DNA of 64,000 nucleotides, taken from NCBI GenBank assembly GCA_964600285.1, contig CAZRIZ010000001.1, forward strand, positions 188-64,187, written 5' to 3'. Shown in pieces: positions 7,374 through 17,482 of the stretch. The translations under genes were made by a program, and so were the position numbers. Origin of the DNA: an uncultured Candidatus Saccharibacteria bacterium. Its GTDB lineage: Bacteria; Patescibacteriota; Saccharimonadia; Saccharimonadales; Saccharimonadaceae. The number at the start of each line of letters is the position of its first letter. The first letter of the stretch is position 1. The notes beneath the pieces are model-generated. The model worked only from the letters and a program-made list of their open reading frames with translations, did no database searches and was not told the DNA's origin.

Positions 7374-8549
7374 ATGATTCAATATAAAAAAGCCATTATC
7401 ACAGCGGTGGACGTAACGAATAAGGTGGTTTTAGCACGGGTTGATTTTAACGTGCCGATAAGTGGTGGTGAAATCAGCGATGACACCAGAATAGCAGTTA
7501 GTTTACCTATGATTCGTGATTTAATAGATCGAGGCGCCAAGCAAATCATTCTCTTAAGCCATATGGGGCGTCCAGAAGGCCCTAGTGAGGCTTTATCGCT
7601 TAAGCCAGTAAAAGACCGACTAGAGGCACTACTCGGCCTTAGAATCGGCTTTAGCGAGCCGACAGAGGCATTTTTAGCCTCAGAACAGGTAGTTTTGTGT
7701 GAGAATGTGCGATTTTGGCCGGGCGAAGTTAATAATGATATGGAATTTGCTCAAAAGTTGGTGACGGCGACTGGTGCGGAATTGTTCGTTCAAGATGGTT
7801 TATCGGTTTGCCATAGGTCAAGTGCCACAGTTGAGGCAATCACGCATTTACTGCCTAGCTACGCTAGTGCTAGCTTAGTTCGAGAATATGAAGCTATTAC
7901 CGGATTTGTTGAGAAAGCAGCGCGACCTTTAGTGACTATTTTAGGTGGAGCTAAAATTAGTGATAAATTGGGCTTCGCTAAACAGATGATTAAAGTTTCC
8001 GATCAGATATTCTTTGGGGGCGCCTTGGCGACAACTTTCTTAAGGGCCGATGGGAAACCAGTTGGTTCTAGCTTGGTAGAATATGATCAAGAAGAAAAAA
8101 TCGCTGAAATTAAACAAGTAGCTCAAAATGAGGGCAAAGCGATATTTTTGCCGATAGACGTTAAAACGGCTGATAACGAGCAGGCTATGTTGGCTGGGAA
8201 TAAGTTGGTTGATGCGGTAATTGGTACTGATAAAATCTTAGATATTGGTGAGTCTTCATCAATGGTTTTAGGGCAGCTAATCGCTAATGCGGGTGCTGTA
8301 ATCTGGAACGGTCCAGTCGGCTACACTGAAAACCCAGTTTTTGAAGGTGGCTCAGAGAGAATCGTTAATACCTTAGTAGCTTCGCAAAAACCAGCTTTGG
8401 TTGGAGGTGGCACTACCTTGTCTTTTGTACACAAAGAGCATCCTGACTTAAAATATGATGGTCTGATTCTATCAACAGCCGGTGGCGCGATGCTTGATTT
8501 ATTGGCTGAGGGCCATCTCATTGGCGTAGATTGTTTACTTGACACTTGA
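7374..8549 (+). CDS. pgk: Phosphoglycerate kinase
   Basis: VLARVDFNVP...SHMGRPEG...GGGTT... A GGGAGGT RBS lies upstream of the ATG at 7374. Confidence 0.95.
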   Translation: MIQYKKAIITAVDVTNKVVLARVDFNVPISGGEISDDTRIAVSLPMIRDLIDRGAKQIILLSHMGRPEGPSEALSLKPVKDRLEALLGLRIGFSEPTEAFLASEQVVLCENVRFWPGEVNNDMEFAQKLVTATGAELFVQDGLSVCHRSSATVEAITHLLPSYASASLVREYEAITGFVEKAARPLVTILGGAKISDKLGFAKQMIKVSDQIFFGGALATTFLRADGKPVGSSLVEYDQEEKIAEIKQVAQNEGKAIFLPIDVKTADNEQAMLAGNKLVDAVIGTDKILDIGESSSMVLGQLIANAGAVIWNGPVGYTENPVFEGGSERIVNTLVASQKPALVGGGTTLSFVHKEHPDLKYDGLILSTAGGAMLDLLAEGHLIGVDCLLDT

Positions 8550-8589
8550 AATGGTCTACAATAAAGTCAAATAAGCACAAGGACTTTAC

Positions 8590-9369
8590 ATGACAAAAAA
8601 TCGACCATTACTAGTGGGCAACTGGAAGATGAATCTCAGTATGCAAGAATCTAGCTTGTTACTAGATAAATTAGCTAATGAGGTTAAAATTCACCAGGGT
8701 ATGGATGTAATTTTAGCGCCTTCTATCTTTGCTTTGCAGTCCTTGTCTTTGCAGATTAATCGTCGACAGTTTAAGTTAGCGGCTCAGAATTTTTATTGGC
8801 GAGATATGGGTTCGTTTACGGGAGAGGTTTCAATCGCTCAGCTGCGTGGAATTGTTGATTACGCCTTTGTTGGTCATCCTGATCGTCGGTACTTGTTTGG
8901 CGAGACTGATCGCGATATTAGGGCTAAAGTTCAGGCGGCGATTCGTTCAGGAGTCAAGCCGATTTTGTTTGTGGGTGAAACCATGAGTGAGCGAACTAGC
9001 GGTGAGGCTCGCGATATTATTAACGATCAATTAATTGGTGGGTTAACAAATATTACAAGTGAAGAAATAGCTGATGTCGTGGTTGTGTATGAGCCGGTTT
9101 GGGCGGTAGGAACTGGTGAGTTAGTTATGCCAGATGATGTAGCCGAAGCAGTCAAAACCATTCGTTATCAAATTAAAGAACTTTATGGTGTTGGAGCGTC
9201 CAATGCAGTGCGAGTGTTGTTTGGTGGTAGCATAACTCCAAATAGCGCTGATGATTATTTAAGAATCTCGGGCGTAGACGGATTAGTGCTAGGTGGAGCA
9301 AGCCTAAAGCCGTCTGAGTTTAGTGCTATTGTGGAAATCATGTTTGAAAACATAAAAGAGGGCGAATAG
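8590..9369 (+). CDS. tpiA: Triosephosphate isomerase
   Basis: LLVGNWKMN...VGHPDRR...YEPVWAVGTG...GGASL. Confidence 0.95.
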   Translation: MTKNRPLLVGNWKMNLSMQESSLLLDKLANEVKIHQGMDVILAPSIFALQSLSLQINRRQFKLAAQNFYWRDMGSFTGEVSIAQLRGIVDYAFVGHPDRRYLFGETDRDIRAKVQAAIRSGVKPILFVGETMSERTSGEARDIINDQLIGGLTNITSEEIADVVVVYEPVWAVGTGELVMPDDVAEAVKTIRYQIKELYGVGASNAVRVLFGGSITPNSADDYLRISGVDGLVLGGASLKPSEFSAIVEIMFENIKEGE

Positions 9370-9377
9370 GAGGAAGA

Positions 9378-10589
9378 ATGGCTGATAAAGAAATTGATTT
9401 TGAAGAGCTAGATCGAGCAATAAGCGCATTAATGGATGACACAAGCCCTGAAGAGGATATTGAAGCTTTGGCGGAAGACACACCTGTAGGAGGACTACCG
9501 GACGACACGATTGCACCAACCGATGATTTTGAAGCTACTTCTTTAGTGGATGTGCCCGATAAAGTTAGCTCACTAGAGATTGAAGAAATTACTAAAGAGA
9601 GAGAATCGGCAAGTGTTCCAGATACTGGTGGAGCCAGTGTTCAATTACAAAATCGAGTGCCTATTGGTATGGATTCTCCTCCTGAGCCCACGACTGATGA
9701 CGTTGAGTCGGAGATTAAAGAAGATGAACCAAACTTAAAAACTCCTGGAGAAACTAAATTCTTTGGCAGAGTAGTGCCTGAGCCAAAAAAAGAGCTGAAA
9801 CCGATTGTTCAACCAAGAGCATTGAGCAATCCAGATTTACCTAAGCCAAAAATTGAGAAACCTAGCGCGCCAAAGGATGCCCTAGCTGATTCAGTTTCAG
9901 TAAGAGTCAAACCAAAAATGAAACCAACGCCTATTAAGCGTCGTGGTCGCTATATGGACTTTATTGTTGGACCATCTGTCCCAGTTAAGCCGCTTGTTAC
10001 ACCGAACGCCAAAGTTAACGTGCCACCTGTTCCAGCAAAGTCGACGCAACCTGTTTCTCATGGTGAGTCGGTTGATTTTGAATTCAAACTAGCAACTGAT
10101 AAAGATACCGCCACGACAGTAAAAGGTAATTACAAAACTTCTAATACCGTAGCCCAGACCGATACTGGCGACACTCTAACTATAAAACGGCAAACTATGG
10201 AATATGTGGCAAAACCAGAAGTGGATTTACCAAAAAAGCCAGAAGTGACCCAGACGAAGGAAAAGCCAAAACCTTCAAAATCTATCGCTAAGTCTGAAAC
10301 TGAAGAAACTCGTCGTAGCCCATTTGTTTCTGAAACGAAAATCAAGAAACGCCCGCTAGGTCAGCCAGCTCCACTTATGCAGTCGCCCTCGGTAACAATG
10401 CACGTGCCAGACCGAATTCCTACGTACGACACCGAAAGTGGCACCGCTCTTTATCGTGCCGAGTTGCGCGAAGTTGAGCCTGAGGCAAAAACTTCTAAAT
10501 TTTGGGTAGTCATTTTATTTATTGTCTTATTGATAGTTGCTGGCTTGGTTTATTATTTCTGGGCTGATATTGAAGCGCTTTTCTTGTAG
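9378..10589 (+). CDS. Hypothetical low-complexity protein with a single C-terminal TM segment
   Basis: AGGAGG RBS upstream. The 403-aa product has an acidic N-terminus, a Lys/Pro/Thr-rich middle and a C-terminal hydrophobic helix (FWVVILFIVLLIVAGLVYYFW). I recognise no family. Confidence 0.7.
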   Translation: MADKEIDFEELDRAISALMDDTSPEEDIEALAEDTPVGGLPDDTIAPTDDFEATSLVDVPDKVSSLEIEEITKERESASVPDTGGASVQLQNRVPIGMDSPPEPTTDDVESEIKEDEPNLKTPGETKFFGRVVPEPKKELKPIVQPRALSNPDLPKPKIEKPSAPKDALADSVSVRVKPKMKPTPIKRRGRYMDFIVGPSVPVKPLVTPNAKVNVPPVPAKSTQPVSHGESVDFEFKLATDKDTATTVKGNYKTSNTVAQTDTGDTLTIKRQTMEYVAKPEVDLPKKPEVTQTKEKPKPSKSIAKSETEETRRSPFVSETKIKKRPLGQPAPLMQSPSVTMHVPDRIPTYDTESGTALYRAELREVEPEAKTSKFWVVILFIVLLIVAGLVYYFWADIEALFL

Positions 10590-10598
10590 AATATAACT

Positions 10599-12692
10599 AT
10601 GGATGTATTTGCGGGGTTAAATGCCGCTCAAAAAGAGGCGGTCCAATCGGTTGATGGTCCTCTTTTGATTTTGGCGGGTCCTGGTAGCGGTAAAACCAAA
10701 ACTCTGACACATCGGATTGCTCATTTGATTGCTAACTGTGGTGTTCAGCCTGACGAGGTATTGGCGGTAACGTTTACAAACAAAGCCTCTAAAGAAATGC
10801 GAATGCGTTTGGCTCAACTGTTGGGTCGAGAAGATAGCTGGTATTTTATGCCATTTATGGGGACATTCCATGGTATTTGTGTCAAAATTTTGCGCGAAAG
10901 TGGTGATGCCATAAGAGTTGATAAAAACTTCGTCATCTACGATGAAACAGACAAACTTAATTTAGTAAAACGTGCGGCTAAGGATTTAAATATTATTGAC
11001 CGTGAAGTCAAGGCTCAGGTTGTTTCGGCAGTTATATCTAGTAACAAAAATAAGATGGTTTCTAGTGCTGAATTTATTGATCGAGCGCACAGCGAGCGAC
11101 AAAAGACAATTGGTAAAATTTTTGAGCGTTATGAAAAACTCCGTCAGAATGCTAATGCTCTTGATTTTGATGACATACTGATTGAGGTGGTGCGATTACT
11201 AAAAACTAGGGGCGAGGTCAGGCAGAAGTGGCAAAAGCAATTTAGCCACATTTTAGTCGATGAGTATCAAGACACCAACAATGCGCAGTATCAAATTATT
11301 CGTGCTTTGGCTAAAGAATCTGCCAATGTTTGTGTGGTAGGAGATGATTGGCAGTCAATTTACTCTTGGCGTGGCGCAGATTTTACCAATATATTAAATT
11401 TTAAGCGTGATTGGCCAGAGGCAAAAGAGATTAAACTAGAGCAGAACTATCGCTCAACCAATAATATTTTAAGCTCAGCTCAAAAGATTATTGAATTAAA
11501 CAGACATCGAACTGATAAAAAAATTTGGACCGACGCTGGAGACGGTAAGCCAATCGCGGTGATTGAGACACGCGACGAGGTAGACGAGGCTAATCGAGTA
11601 GCAGAAATTGTTCGTCAAGCTCAAATGGACGGTTATAAACTGGGTGATATAGCCGTACTCTACAGGGCTAATGCACAAAGCTATCAGATTGAGCATAGTT
11701 TTATGCGCTATCAAATCCCTCATAAGGTTATAGGTGGTGTGCGCTTTTTTGACCGCAAGGAAATAAAAGATACAATGGCTTATGTCAAGTTAGCTTATCA
11801 ACCGTCTGATATTGCTAGTCTGATGCGCATTGTTAATGTGCCAGCGCGTGGTATCGGACGAGTTAGCGTGGATAGATTCTTGAGCTGGCAGAGTAGCCAG
11901 CCATATGATCTTTTAACAGCCTTAAATAAATTGGAGGAATCTCCACTTACTGCCACGGTCAAGGCTAAGCTGGGTAAATTTGGTGAGATAATGGCGAAGA
12001 TTAGTCAGCTTTATAAGGCTGGTTTTGCGCCAGCTAAGTTGGTTGAAGAGGTAATCAACTTATCTGGTTACAAAGCTTCACTTCAAGGCGATTCAGTCGA
12101 AAATGAAGATAGGCTGGAAAATCTGGGTGTGCTAATTAATGAAGCTTCACTTTACGGAGATGTGGCCTCGTTTTTGGAGGATGCTGCTCTGATGTCTAGT
12201 GCTGATCAACCTACGGACGCCGGGCAAGTTAGTCTGATGACTATGCATGCCGCAAAGGGACTAGAATTCTCGGTGGTGGTAATTATCGGTTTAGAGCAGG
12301 GTACTTTTCCGCACGCTAGAGTCTATGAGCAACCTGAGGAGCTAGAAGAAGAGCGTAGACTGTGTTATGTAGCGATGACTCGTGCCAAGTCGGAACTTTA
12401 TTTAACTTACGCAAATACACGTTTGGTTTATGGTGAACGACAATACTTCCAGCCTTCTGAGTTTATCCAAACCATTCAGCCGGAGATTACCCCAGCTTTC
12501 GGCTCGGATTATGAGCCATTTGGAGACGAAGTTGATTACTTCAATGCCTTTGAAGTAGGAGATTTTGTAAATTCACGTCAATTTGGTAGTGGCGAGGTGG
12601 TTGATGTCGACGGTCTGGCGGTTTCGGTGCGTTTTGATGATGGCAAAACTCGTAAATTGAATACACAGTATGCTAACTTGAGCAAGCGATGA
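10599..12692 (+). CDS. uvrD: UvrD/PcrA-type ATP-dependent DNA helicase
   Basis: Walker A (AGPGSGKT), DEYQDT, QNYRST and VSLMTMHAAKGLEF superfamily-1 helicase motifs are all present. Confidence 0.93.
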   Translation: MDVFAGLNAAQKEAVQSVDGPLLILAGPGSGKTKTLTHRIAHLIANCGVQPDEVLAVTFTNKASKEMRMRLAQLLGREDSWYFMPFMGTFHGICVKILRESGDAIRVDKNFVIYDETDKLNLVKRAAKDLNIIDREVKAQVVSAVISSNKNKMVSSAEFIDRAHSERQKTIGKIFERYEKLRQNANALDFDDILIEVVRLLKTRGEVRQKWQKQFSHILVDEYQDTNNAQYQIIRALAKESANVCVVGDDWQSIYSWRGADFTNILNFKRDWPEAKEIKLEQNYRSTNNILSSAQKIIELNRHRTDKKIWTDAGDGKPIAVIETRDEVDEANRVAEIVRQAQMDGYKLGDIAVLYRANAQSYQIEHSFMRYQIPHKVIGGVRFFDRKEIKDTMAYVKLAYQPSDIASLMRIVNVPARGIGRVSVDRFLSWQSSQPYDLLTALNKLEESPLTATVKAKLGKFGEIMAKISQLYKAGFAPAKLVEEVINLSGYKASLQGDSVENEDRLENLGVLINEASLYGDVASFLEDAALMSSADQPTDAGQVSLMTMHAAKGLEFSVVVIIGLEQGTFPHARVYEQPEELEEERRLCYVAMTRAKSELYLTYANTRLVYGERQYFQPSEFIQTIQPEITPAFGSDYEPFGDEVDYFNAFEVGDFVNSRQFGSGEVVDVDGLAVSVRFDDGKTRKLNTQYANLSKR

Positions 12693-12716
12693 GCATGCAT
12701 GGTATAATTAATTAAA

Positions 12717-13889
12717 ATGATTCAATTTTTGAAGAGGTGGAAAATACTTGTACTCGTTGTCGTTAGTGCAATAGTGTTTTTAGTGCCATCGGTTTGGGCT
12801 AGCTCGGACAGTCAAGACAGCCCAGCGCAACAGCGCTTAGTGGTTATTTTTGATCGAAACCAAAAGCGAGTCGTACTAACAGACCAAAAGACTGTGGCTG
12901 AGGTTTTAGCTCAGGCTGATATAGAAATCTCAGATGCCGATCTTGTGGAGCCAGCGTTAGACACGGAAATCTTGTCAGACAATTTTAATGTTAATATTTT
13001 TCGTGGCCGTCCAGTAGTGGTAATTGATGGGAATCATCGTTTGGCGGCAGTAAGTGCGCATCAAGCACCAGAGCAAGTGGTAAGAAGTGCCGGCGTTACG
13101 CTTTATCCTGAAGACATAGTAGATGTTCAGCTAAACTTCATGACAACTGGGGCCAACACAGGAATTGAGTATGTTGTAAAGAGGTCTAAAGCAATCAATT
13201 TTATTTATTATGGTAAGTTAGAATCGGTTCGAACTCAAAAAACAACAGTCGGTGACTTCCTGCAAGAAAAAGATTTGAAATTGACTGAGTCTGATCGCAT
13301 AAGTGCAAATACAGAAACGCCTATTGTGGATGGAATGACACTGGAGATGTGGCGTGAAGGCAAGCAAGAGTTGGTGCAAGAAGAGGACATACCGTTTGAA
13401 GTTCGTAAAATCTATGATTACGATCGCAACGTTAGCTATCGCAAAGTAGAGAAAGTTGGCGTGGTTGGTCGACGAATAGCAACTTATGAAATTGACATCA
13501 AGAACGGTCTTGAGGTTAGCAGGCGAGAGCTGAATAGCTTAGTGACCGCTTTACCAGTAGAGCAAGTTGAGATTGTTGGTGCAAAATCTAGGTTTATGCC
13601 GTACACCGGTGGTGGCACAAAAACTGAGTGGCTAGTCGCCTCTGGCATTCCTCAGGCAGATTGGGGCTATGTCGACTGGTTGGTACAAAAAGAAAGTGGA
13701 TGGAATCCAAACGCTGTTAATAAACACTCAGGGGCTTGTGGATTAGCGCAGGCACTGCCGTGTAGTAAGGTGCCTGGAGAGCCTCACGACCCAGTTAATT
13801 CTTTAAGATGGATGAATGGGTATGTAAACGGACGCTATGGAAGTTGGGCAGATGCAGTCGCCCACTCCAAAGCAACAGGGTGGTATTAA
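12717..13889 (+). CDS. YabE/RpfB-like cell-wall protein (TM, DUF348-like repeats, G5-like region, C-terminal transglycosylase-like domain)
   Basis: It has an N-terminal TM segment. The C-terminus, WLVQKESGWNPNAVNKHSGACGLAQ, resembles the E-S-G-x-N...G-A-x-G-L-x-Q lytic transglycosylase motif. The architecture, and the position next to rsmA, resemble B. subtilis yabE. Confidence 0.8.
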   Translation: MIQFLKRWKILVLVVVSAIVFLVPSVWASSDSQDSPAQQRLVVIFDRNQKRVVLTDQKTVAEVLAQADIEISDADLVEPALDTEILSDNFNVNIFRGRPVVVIDGNHRLAAVSAHQAPEQVVRSAGVTLYPEDIVDVQLNFMTTGANTGIEYVVKRSKAINFIYYGKLESVRTQKTTVGDFLQEKDLKLTESDRISANTETPIVDGMTLEMWREGKQELVQEEDIPFEVRKIYDYDRNVSYRKVEKVGVVGRRIATYEIDIKNGLEVSRRELNSLVTALPVEQVEIVGAKSRFMPYTGGGTKTEWLVASGIPQADWGYVDWLVQKESGWNPNAVNKHSGACGLAQALPCSKVPGEPHDPVNSLRWMNGYVNGRYGSWADAVAHSKATGWY

Positions 13890-14658
13890 GCTTGTGCCAA
13901 AAAAATACCTTGGCCAACACTGGCTAAAAGATCGGTCAGTCTTGGACAGTATTGTTGAGTTTGCTGGAGTGTCAGAAGCTGATACTGTTCTGGAAATCGG
14001 TCCGGGTTTGGGGACTTTGACCAGTGCCTTACTGAGACGTGCTGGCAAAGTGTTGGCGGTTGAATATGATTCGGATTTGGCAATAAAACTCCCAGCGCAG
14101 TTTCCAGGAAAAAATTTAGAGGTTATCCCTGGTGATATTTTGCAGTTTGACTTGAGTGTGCTTCCAAAAGAATACAAAGTCGTGGCTAATTTACCATATT
14201 ATATTACGTCTAAAATTATTATGTTTCTACTGGCAAGCAAAAATCGGCCAGCGACGATTACTGTTTTGGTACAAAAAGAAGTTGCTGAACGAATAGCGCA
14301 GGTGGGTGGTTCTAGCATCTTGGCTCTCGCTGTCGAAAACTGGGCAGTTGCGGAATTGGGCCAAGTTGTGCCAGCGGAATTATTTACGCCCCCACCACAG
14401 GTGGACTCGCAAGTAATCAAGCTAACAATGAGGTCCGAGCCGATAGCTTTGGACGAAAAGGCTTTTATGCGCGTAGTAAAAGCCGGCTTTAGTGAAAAGC
14501 GAAAGAAGTTACGCTCGTCGCTTTCTGGCGGTCTGGCCATCTCGGTTTCGGAGGCTGAGTCAGTTCTAGGCAGTGCAGGGATTGACCCTAACAAACGTGC
14601 TCAGGAGTTAAGCTTCGATGATTTTTCGCGTTTAGTTGAAGCGCTCCATAACAGATGA
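13837..14658 (+). CDS. rsmA: 16S rRNA (adenine1518/1519-N6) dimethyltransferase RsmA/KsgA
   Basis: KKYLGQHWL...VLEIGPGLGTLT...NLPYYI. The start is ambiguous. The ATGs at 13837 and 13852 overlap the upstream gene, while the GTG at 13894 begins right after its stop codon. Confidence 0.9.
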   Translation: MEVGQMQSPTPKQQGGIKLVPKKYLGQHWLKDRSVLDSIVEFAGVSEADTVLEIGPGLGTLTSALLRRAGKVLAVEYDSDLAIKLPAQFPGKNLEVIPGDILQFDLSVLPKEYKVVANLPYYITSKIIMFLLASKNRPATITVLVQKEVAERIAQVGGSSILALAVENWAVAELGQVVPAELFTPPPQVDSQVIKLTMRSEPIALDEKAFMRVVKAGFSEKRKKLRSSLSGGLAISVSEAESVLGSAGIDPNKRAQELSFDDFSRLVEALHNR

Positions 14659-14670
14659 TAAAATAAGCCT

Positions 14671-16227
14671 ATGAAAAGCACTCTCTATATAACAACGGCA
14701 ATTCCCTATGTCAACGCCAAGCCACATATTGGCAATGCGCTAGATTACCTTTATGCCGATATTTGGGTGCGATACCATAAAAGAGCAAACCCTAGTATTA
14801 AATTTTCAGTTGGAACAGATGAACACGGCAACAAGATAGCCCGCAAGGCAGCTGAGCTTGGGATGACTCCCCAAGAGTTTGTTGATCAAAATTATGGTAA
14901 CTTTCAAATTTTGATGGACAAAGTCGGGGCTGGTTACACTAACTTTGTTCGTACGACCGACGGTCATCATGTTGGTGCCGTACAATATATCTGGACTAGG
15001 CTAAAAAAATATCTCTACAAAGCTAACTATAATGGCTGGTATTGTACGGGTTGTGAGCGGTTTTTTACTGATGCCGAGGCGTCGGATAACGAAGGCATCT
15101 GTCCCGATCACCAAAGGCCGTTAGAACACTTAGAAGAAGAAAATTATTACTTCAAGGCAAGCGAATTTTCTGAACGTATTCGTCAAGCGGTAGAATCTGG
15201 CGAGATGAAGATCGTGCCAGAAATGCGCAAAAATGAGTTCCTAAACTTAATTAAAGACGGCTTGAGCGATGTATCTGTATCGCGCCCGAGTAAAAATTTA
15301 GCTTGGGGGATTCCCGTGCCGAATGATCCTGATCAGGTTATGTATGTTTGGCTAGATGCTCTGTCAAATTATATTACTGGCGTGGGCTACCCAGACCAAT
15401 TAGGTTGGGACGAAATCTGGCCAGCTGATGTCCAAGTTATAGGTAAAGACATTCTGCGTTTTCATGCTGGGTTATGGCCAGCGATGTTGTTGGCGCTAGA
15501 CCTACCGCTGCCGAAGATACTGTTGGCGCACGGTCATATCCACGTTAGTGGAGTTAAAATGAGCAAATCACTAAACAATGTAATCGATCCTATAGAAGTT
15601 ATCGATAACTATGGTCGTGACGCCTTTCGCTATTATTTCTCACGTCACATACCAACTCAGGATGACGGAGATTTCACCTGGGAAAAATTTGAGACGGCTT
15701 ATAACTCAGAGTTAGGCAATGACTTGGGTAATTTAGTTCAGCGTGTAGCAAAAATGATTGAAAAATACCAAGCTGGCGTTGTAGCCGATGTTACCGAGAC
15801 AAGTTATGACGAAAACAGTTACATTGAAGCGATGAGAAATCTCCGTTTTGATCAGGCAATTGACGAAGCCTGGTCGTTTGTTCATAGTCTGAATAAATAC
15901 ATCGATTCAGTTAAACCGTGGGAGATTGCTAAACGTATTGACCAAGATATTGAGGCCAAGCATCACCTCGAGGAAGTGTTGCGCCACTTGGCTAATGGGC
16001 TTGTCCAGATGGCGAGATTGTTGGAGCCATTTATGCCAGATACGGCTGATAAAATAAAACAAATCTTTGCTGATGGCGTAATCAGTCAGGACGACCAGGC
16101 TTTATTGCCGCTTTTCCCTAAAATTTACATTCACACCAAGGATCCTCGGGCTAATTCAGCGTCTGCGCCAACTCCACCTGTCGCCGATTCCTTGCCACAG
16201 GAAAACCAACCAAGTGCGTCTAATTGA
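14671..16227 (+). CDS. metG: Methionyl-tRNA synthetase
   Basis: A class I HIGN-type motif (PYVNAKPHIGNA), the KMSKS motif and a CxxC...C zinc knuckle are present. Confidence 0.95.
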   Translation: MKSTLYITTAIPYVNAKPHIGNALDYLYADIWVRYHKRANPSIKFSVGTDEHGNKIARKAAELGMTPQEFVDQNYGNFQILMDKVGAGYTNFVRTTDGHHVGAVQYIWTRLKKYLYKANYNGWYCTGCERFFTDAEASDNEGICPDHQRPLEHLEEENYYFKASEFSERIRQAVESGEMKIVPEMRKNEFLNLIKDGLSDVSVSRPSKNLAWGIPVPNDPDQVMYVWLDALSNYITGVGYPDQLGWDEIWPADVQVIGKDILRFHAGLWPAMLLALDLPLPKILLAHGHIHVSGVKMSKSLNNVIDPIEVIDNYGRDAFRYYFSRHIPTQDDGDFTWEKFETAYNSELGNDLGNLVQRVAKMIEKYQAGVVADVTETSYDENSYIEAMRNLRFDQAIDEAWSFVHSLNKYIDSVKPWEIAKRIDQDIEAKHHLEEVLRHLANGLVQMARLLEPFMPDTADKIKQIFADGVISQDDQALLPLFPKIYIHTKDPRANSASAPTPPVADSLPQENQPSASN

Positions 16228-16966
16228 TAGCCATTGTCATGTTTCAGATGCTGATTTCCCGCTGGATCAGATGGAGACGTTGGCTTCAGCGCGAGCTAGT
16301 GGAGTAGATAAAATTATCGTCATCGGAACGGATGAAGCAGATTCAATTTCAGCCCTTGATTTCGCACAAAAAAACAGTGGCGTCTGGGCTAGTGTTGGCG
16401 TGCATCCGCACGAGGCAAAGAAAGGGATCAATTTCTTACGTGAACTAGACTTTAATCAACCTAAGTTGGTGGCTATAGGCGAGATTGGTTTGGACTATCA
16501 TTACGATCATTCACCACATGATGTGCAAAAGCGGGTTTTGAGAGAACAAATCGAATTAGCTCTGGGTCATAATCTACCAATAATCTTTCATGTACGAGAA
16601 GCTTTTACTGACTTTTGGCCAATTGTGGGCGACTATGATATCAAGCGAGCAGTAGTCCACAGCTATTCAGATAATTTAGCCAACTTAGAAGAAATTTTGG
16701 CTAACGATTGGTACGTGGGCATAAACGGGCTAGTGACTTTTACCAAAAACAAGGAGCAAATAGCTGCTTTTCGTCAGGCTCCACTGGAGAGGATTTTGCT
16801 AGAAACTGATGCGCCGTACCTGGCGCCTAAACCAAAGAGGGGTGAAGTTAATCAGCCTGCTTTCGTGAGCTATGTGGCTGAGTTCTTGGCGCAAGAACGA
16901 GGTGTCTCCCCGGAGTATGTTGCTACTGTTACTAGCGCAAACGTTGAGTCGCTTTTTTCGATATAA
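16214..16966 (+). CDS. TatD family metal-dependent hydrolase/DNase
   Basis: GTG start overlapping the end of metG. Motifs LIDSHCHV...GEIGLDYH...FHVR...ETDAPYL are present. Confidence 0.9.
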   Translation: MRLIDSHCHVSDADFPLDQMETLASARASGVDKIIVIGTDEADSISALDFAQKNSGVWASVGVHPHEAKKGINFLRELDFNQPKLVAIGEIGLDYHYDHSPHDVQKRVLREQIELALGHNLPIIFHVREAFTDFWPIVGDYDIKRAVVHSYSDNLANLEEILANDWYVGINGLVTFTKNKEQIAAFRQAPLERILLETDAPYLAPKPKRGEVNQPAFVSYVAEFLAQERGVSPEYVATVTSANVESLFSI

Positions 16967-16985
16967 TCTGGTAAAATAGCTCCAA

Positions 16986-17480
16986 ATGGACAATCAAGTT
17001 CAAGACCCACTTGACCAAACTAGTCGTTTTAGCGACCAAGTTTATACACCACCTGTCCCCCAAACTGGAAAACAGGCGGTAATTAATGATTTATTGGCGA
17101 TTTCGGATCGTGTGTTGCAACTTAGAGAGGCTAGGGCTAGTGTTGCTGGCGACCAGACGAGAATAGCAGAGCTCCAATATAGTTTATTGCAACAAGAAAG
17201 TGAAGTTGGAGCTAAGGTTTTTGGGGCCATAAACCCTAGCCAACAGCGTAGTTTTTTCTGCTTAGATCGTAAGACGTGGATTTGGTATGAGGCTTGGACT
17301 GACCCAAACTCGCACGAGCAAATGAGCCAGACGATGCGTTATGAAATCAACCCAGACAGTGTCGGTAAGTTCTCACAAGTTGTGAACTACCAACTTATTG
17401 ACGGACGCGAGCTAGAGAATTTTTATAATGCCGTTAAGGTTTATTCGCTTTTGATAGAGCAACAAATCTACGCACAGTAA
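16986..17480 (+). CDS. Hypothetical protein (164 aa)
   Basis: A clean ORF with an extended -10 (TGgTAAAAT, 16969-16977) 8 nt upstream of the ATG. I recognise no family. Confidence 0.65.
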   Translation: MDNQVQDPLDQTSRFSDQVYTPPVPQTGKQAVINDLLAISDRVLQLREARASVAGDQTRIAELQYSLLQQESEVGAKVFGAINPSQQRSFFCLDRKTWIWYEAWTDPNSHEQMSQTMRYEINPDSVGKFSQVVNYQLIDGRELENFYNAVKVYSLLIEQQIYAQ

Positions 17481-17482
17481 CT

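Noticed and set aside
10587-10601. A leaderless promoter for uvrD (TAGAAT at 10587-10592, 6 nt from the ATG).
   Set aside because: The hexamer overlaps the stop codon of the upstream gene and only 9 nt separate the two genes. There is no TGn or -35 support either. Co-transcription with translational reinitiation is at least as likely.
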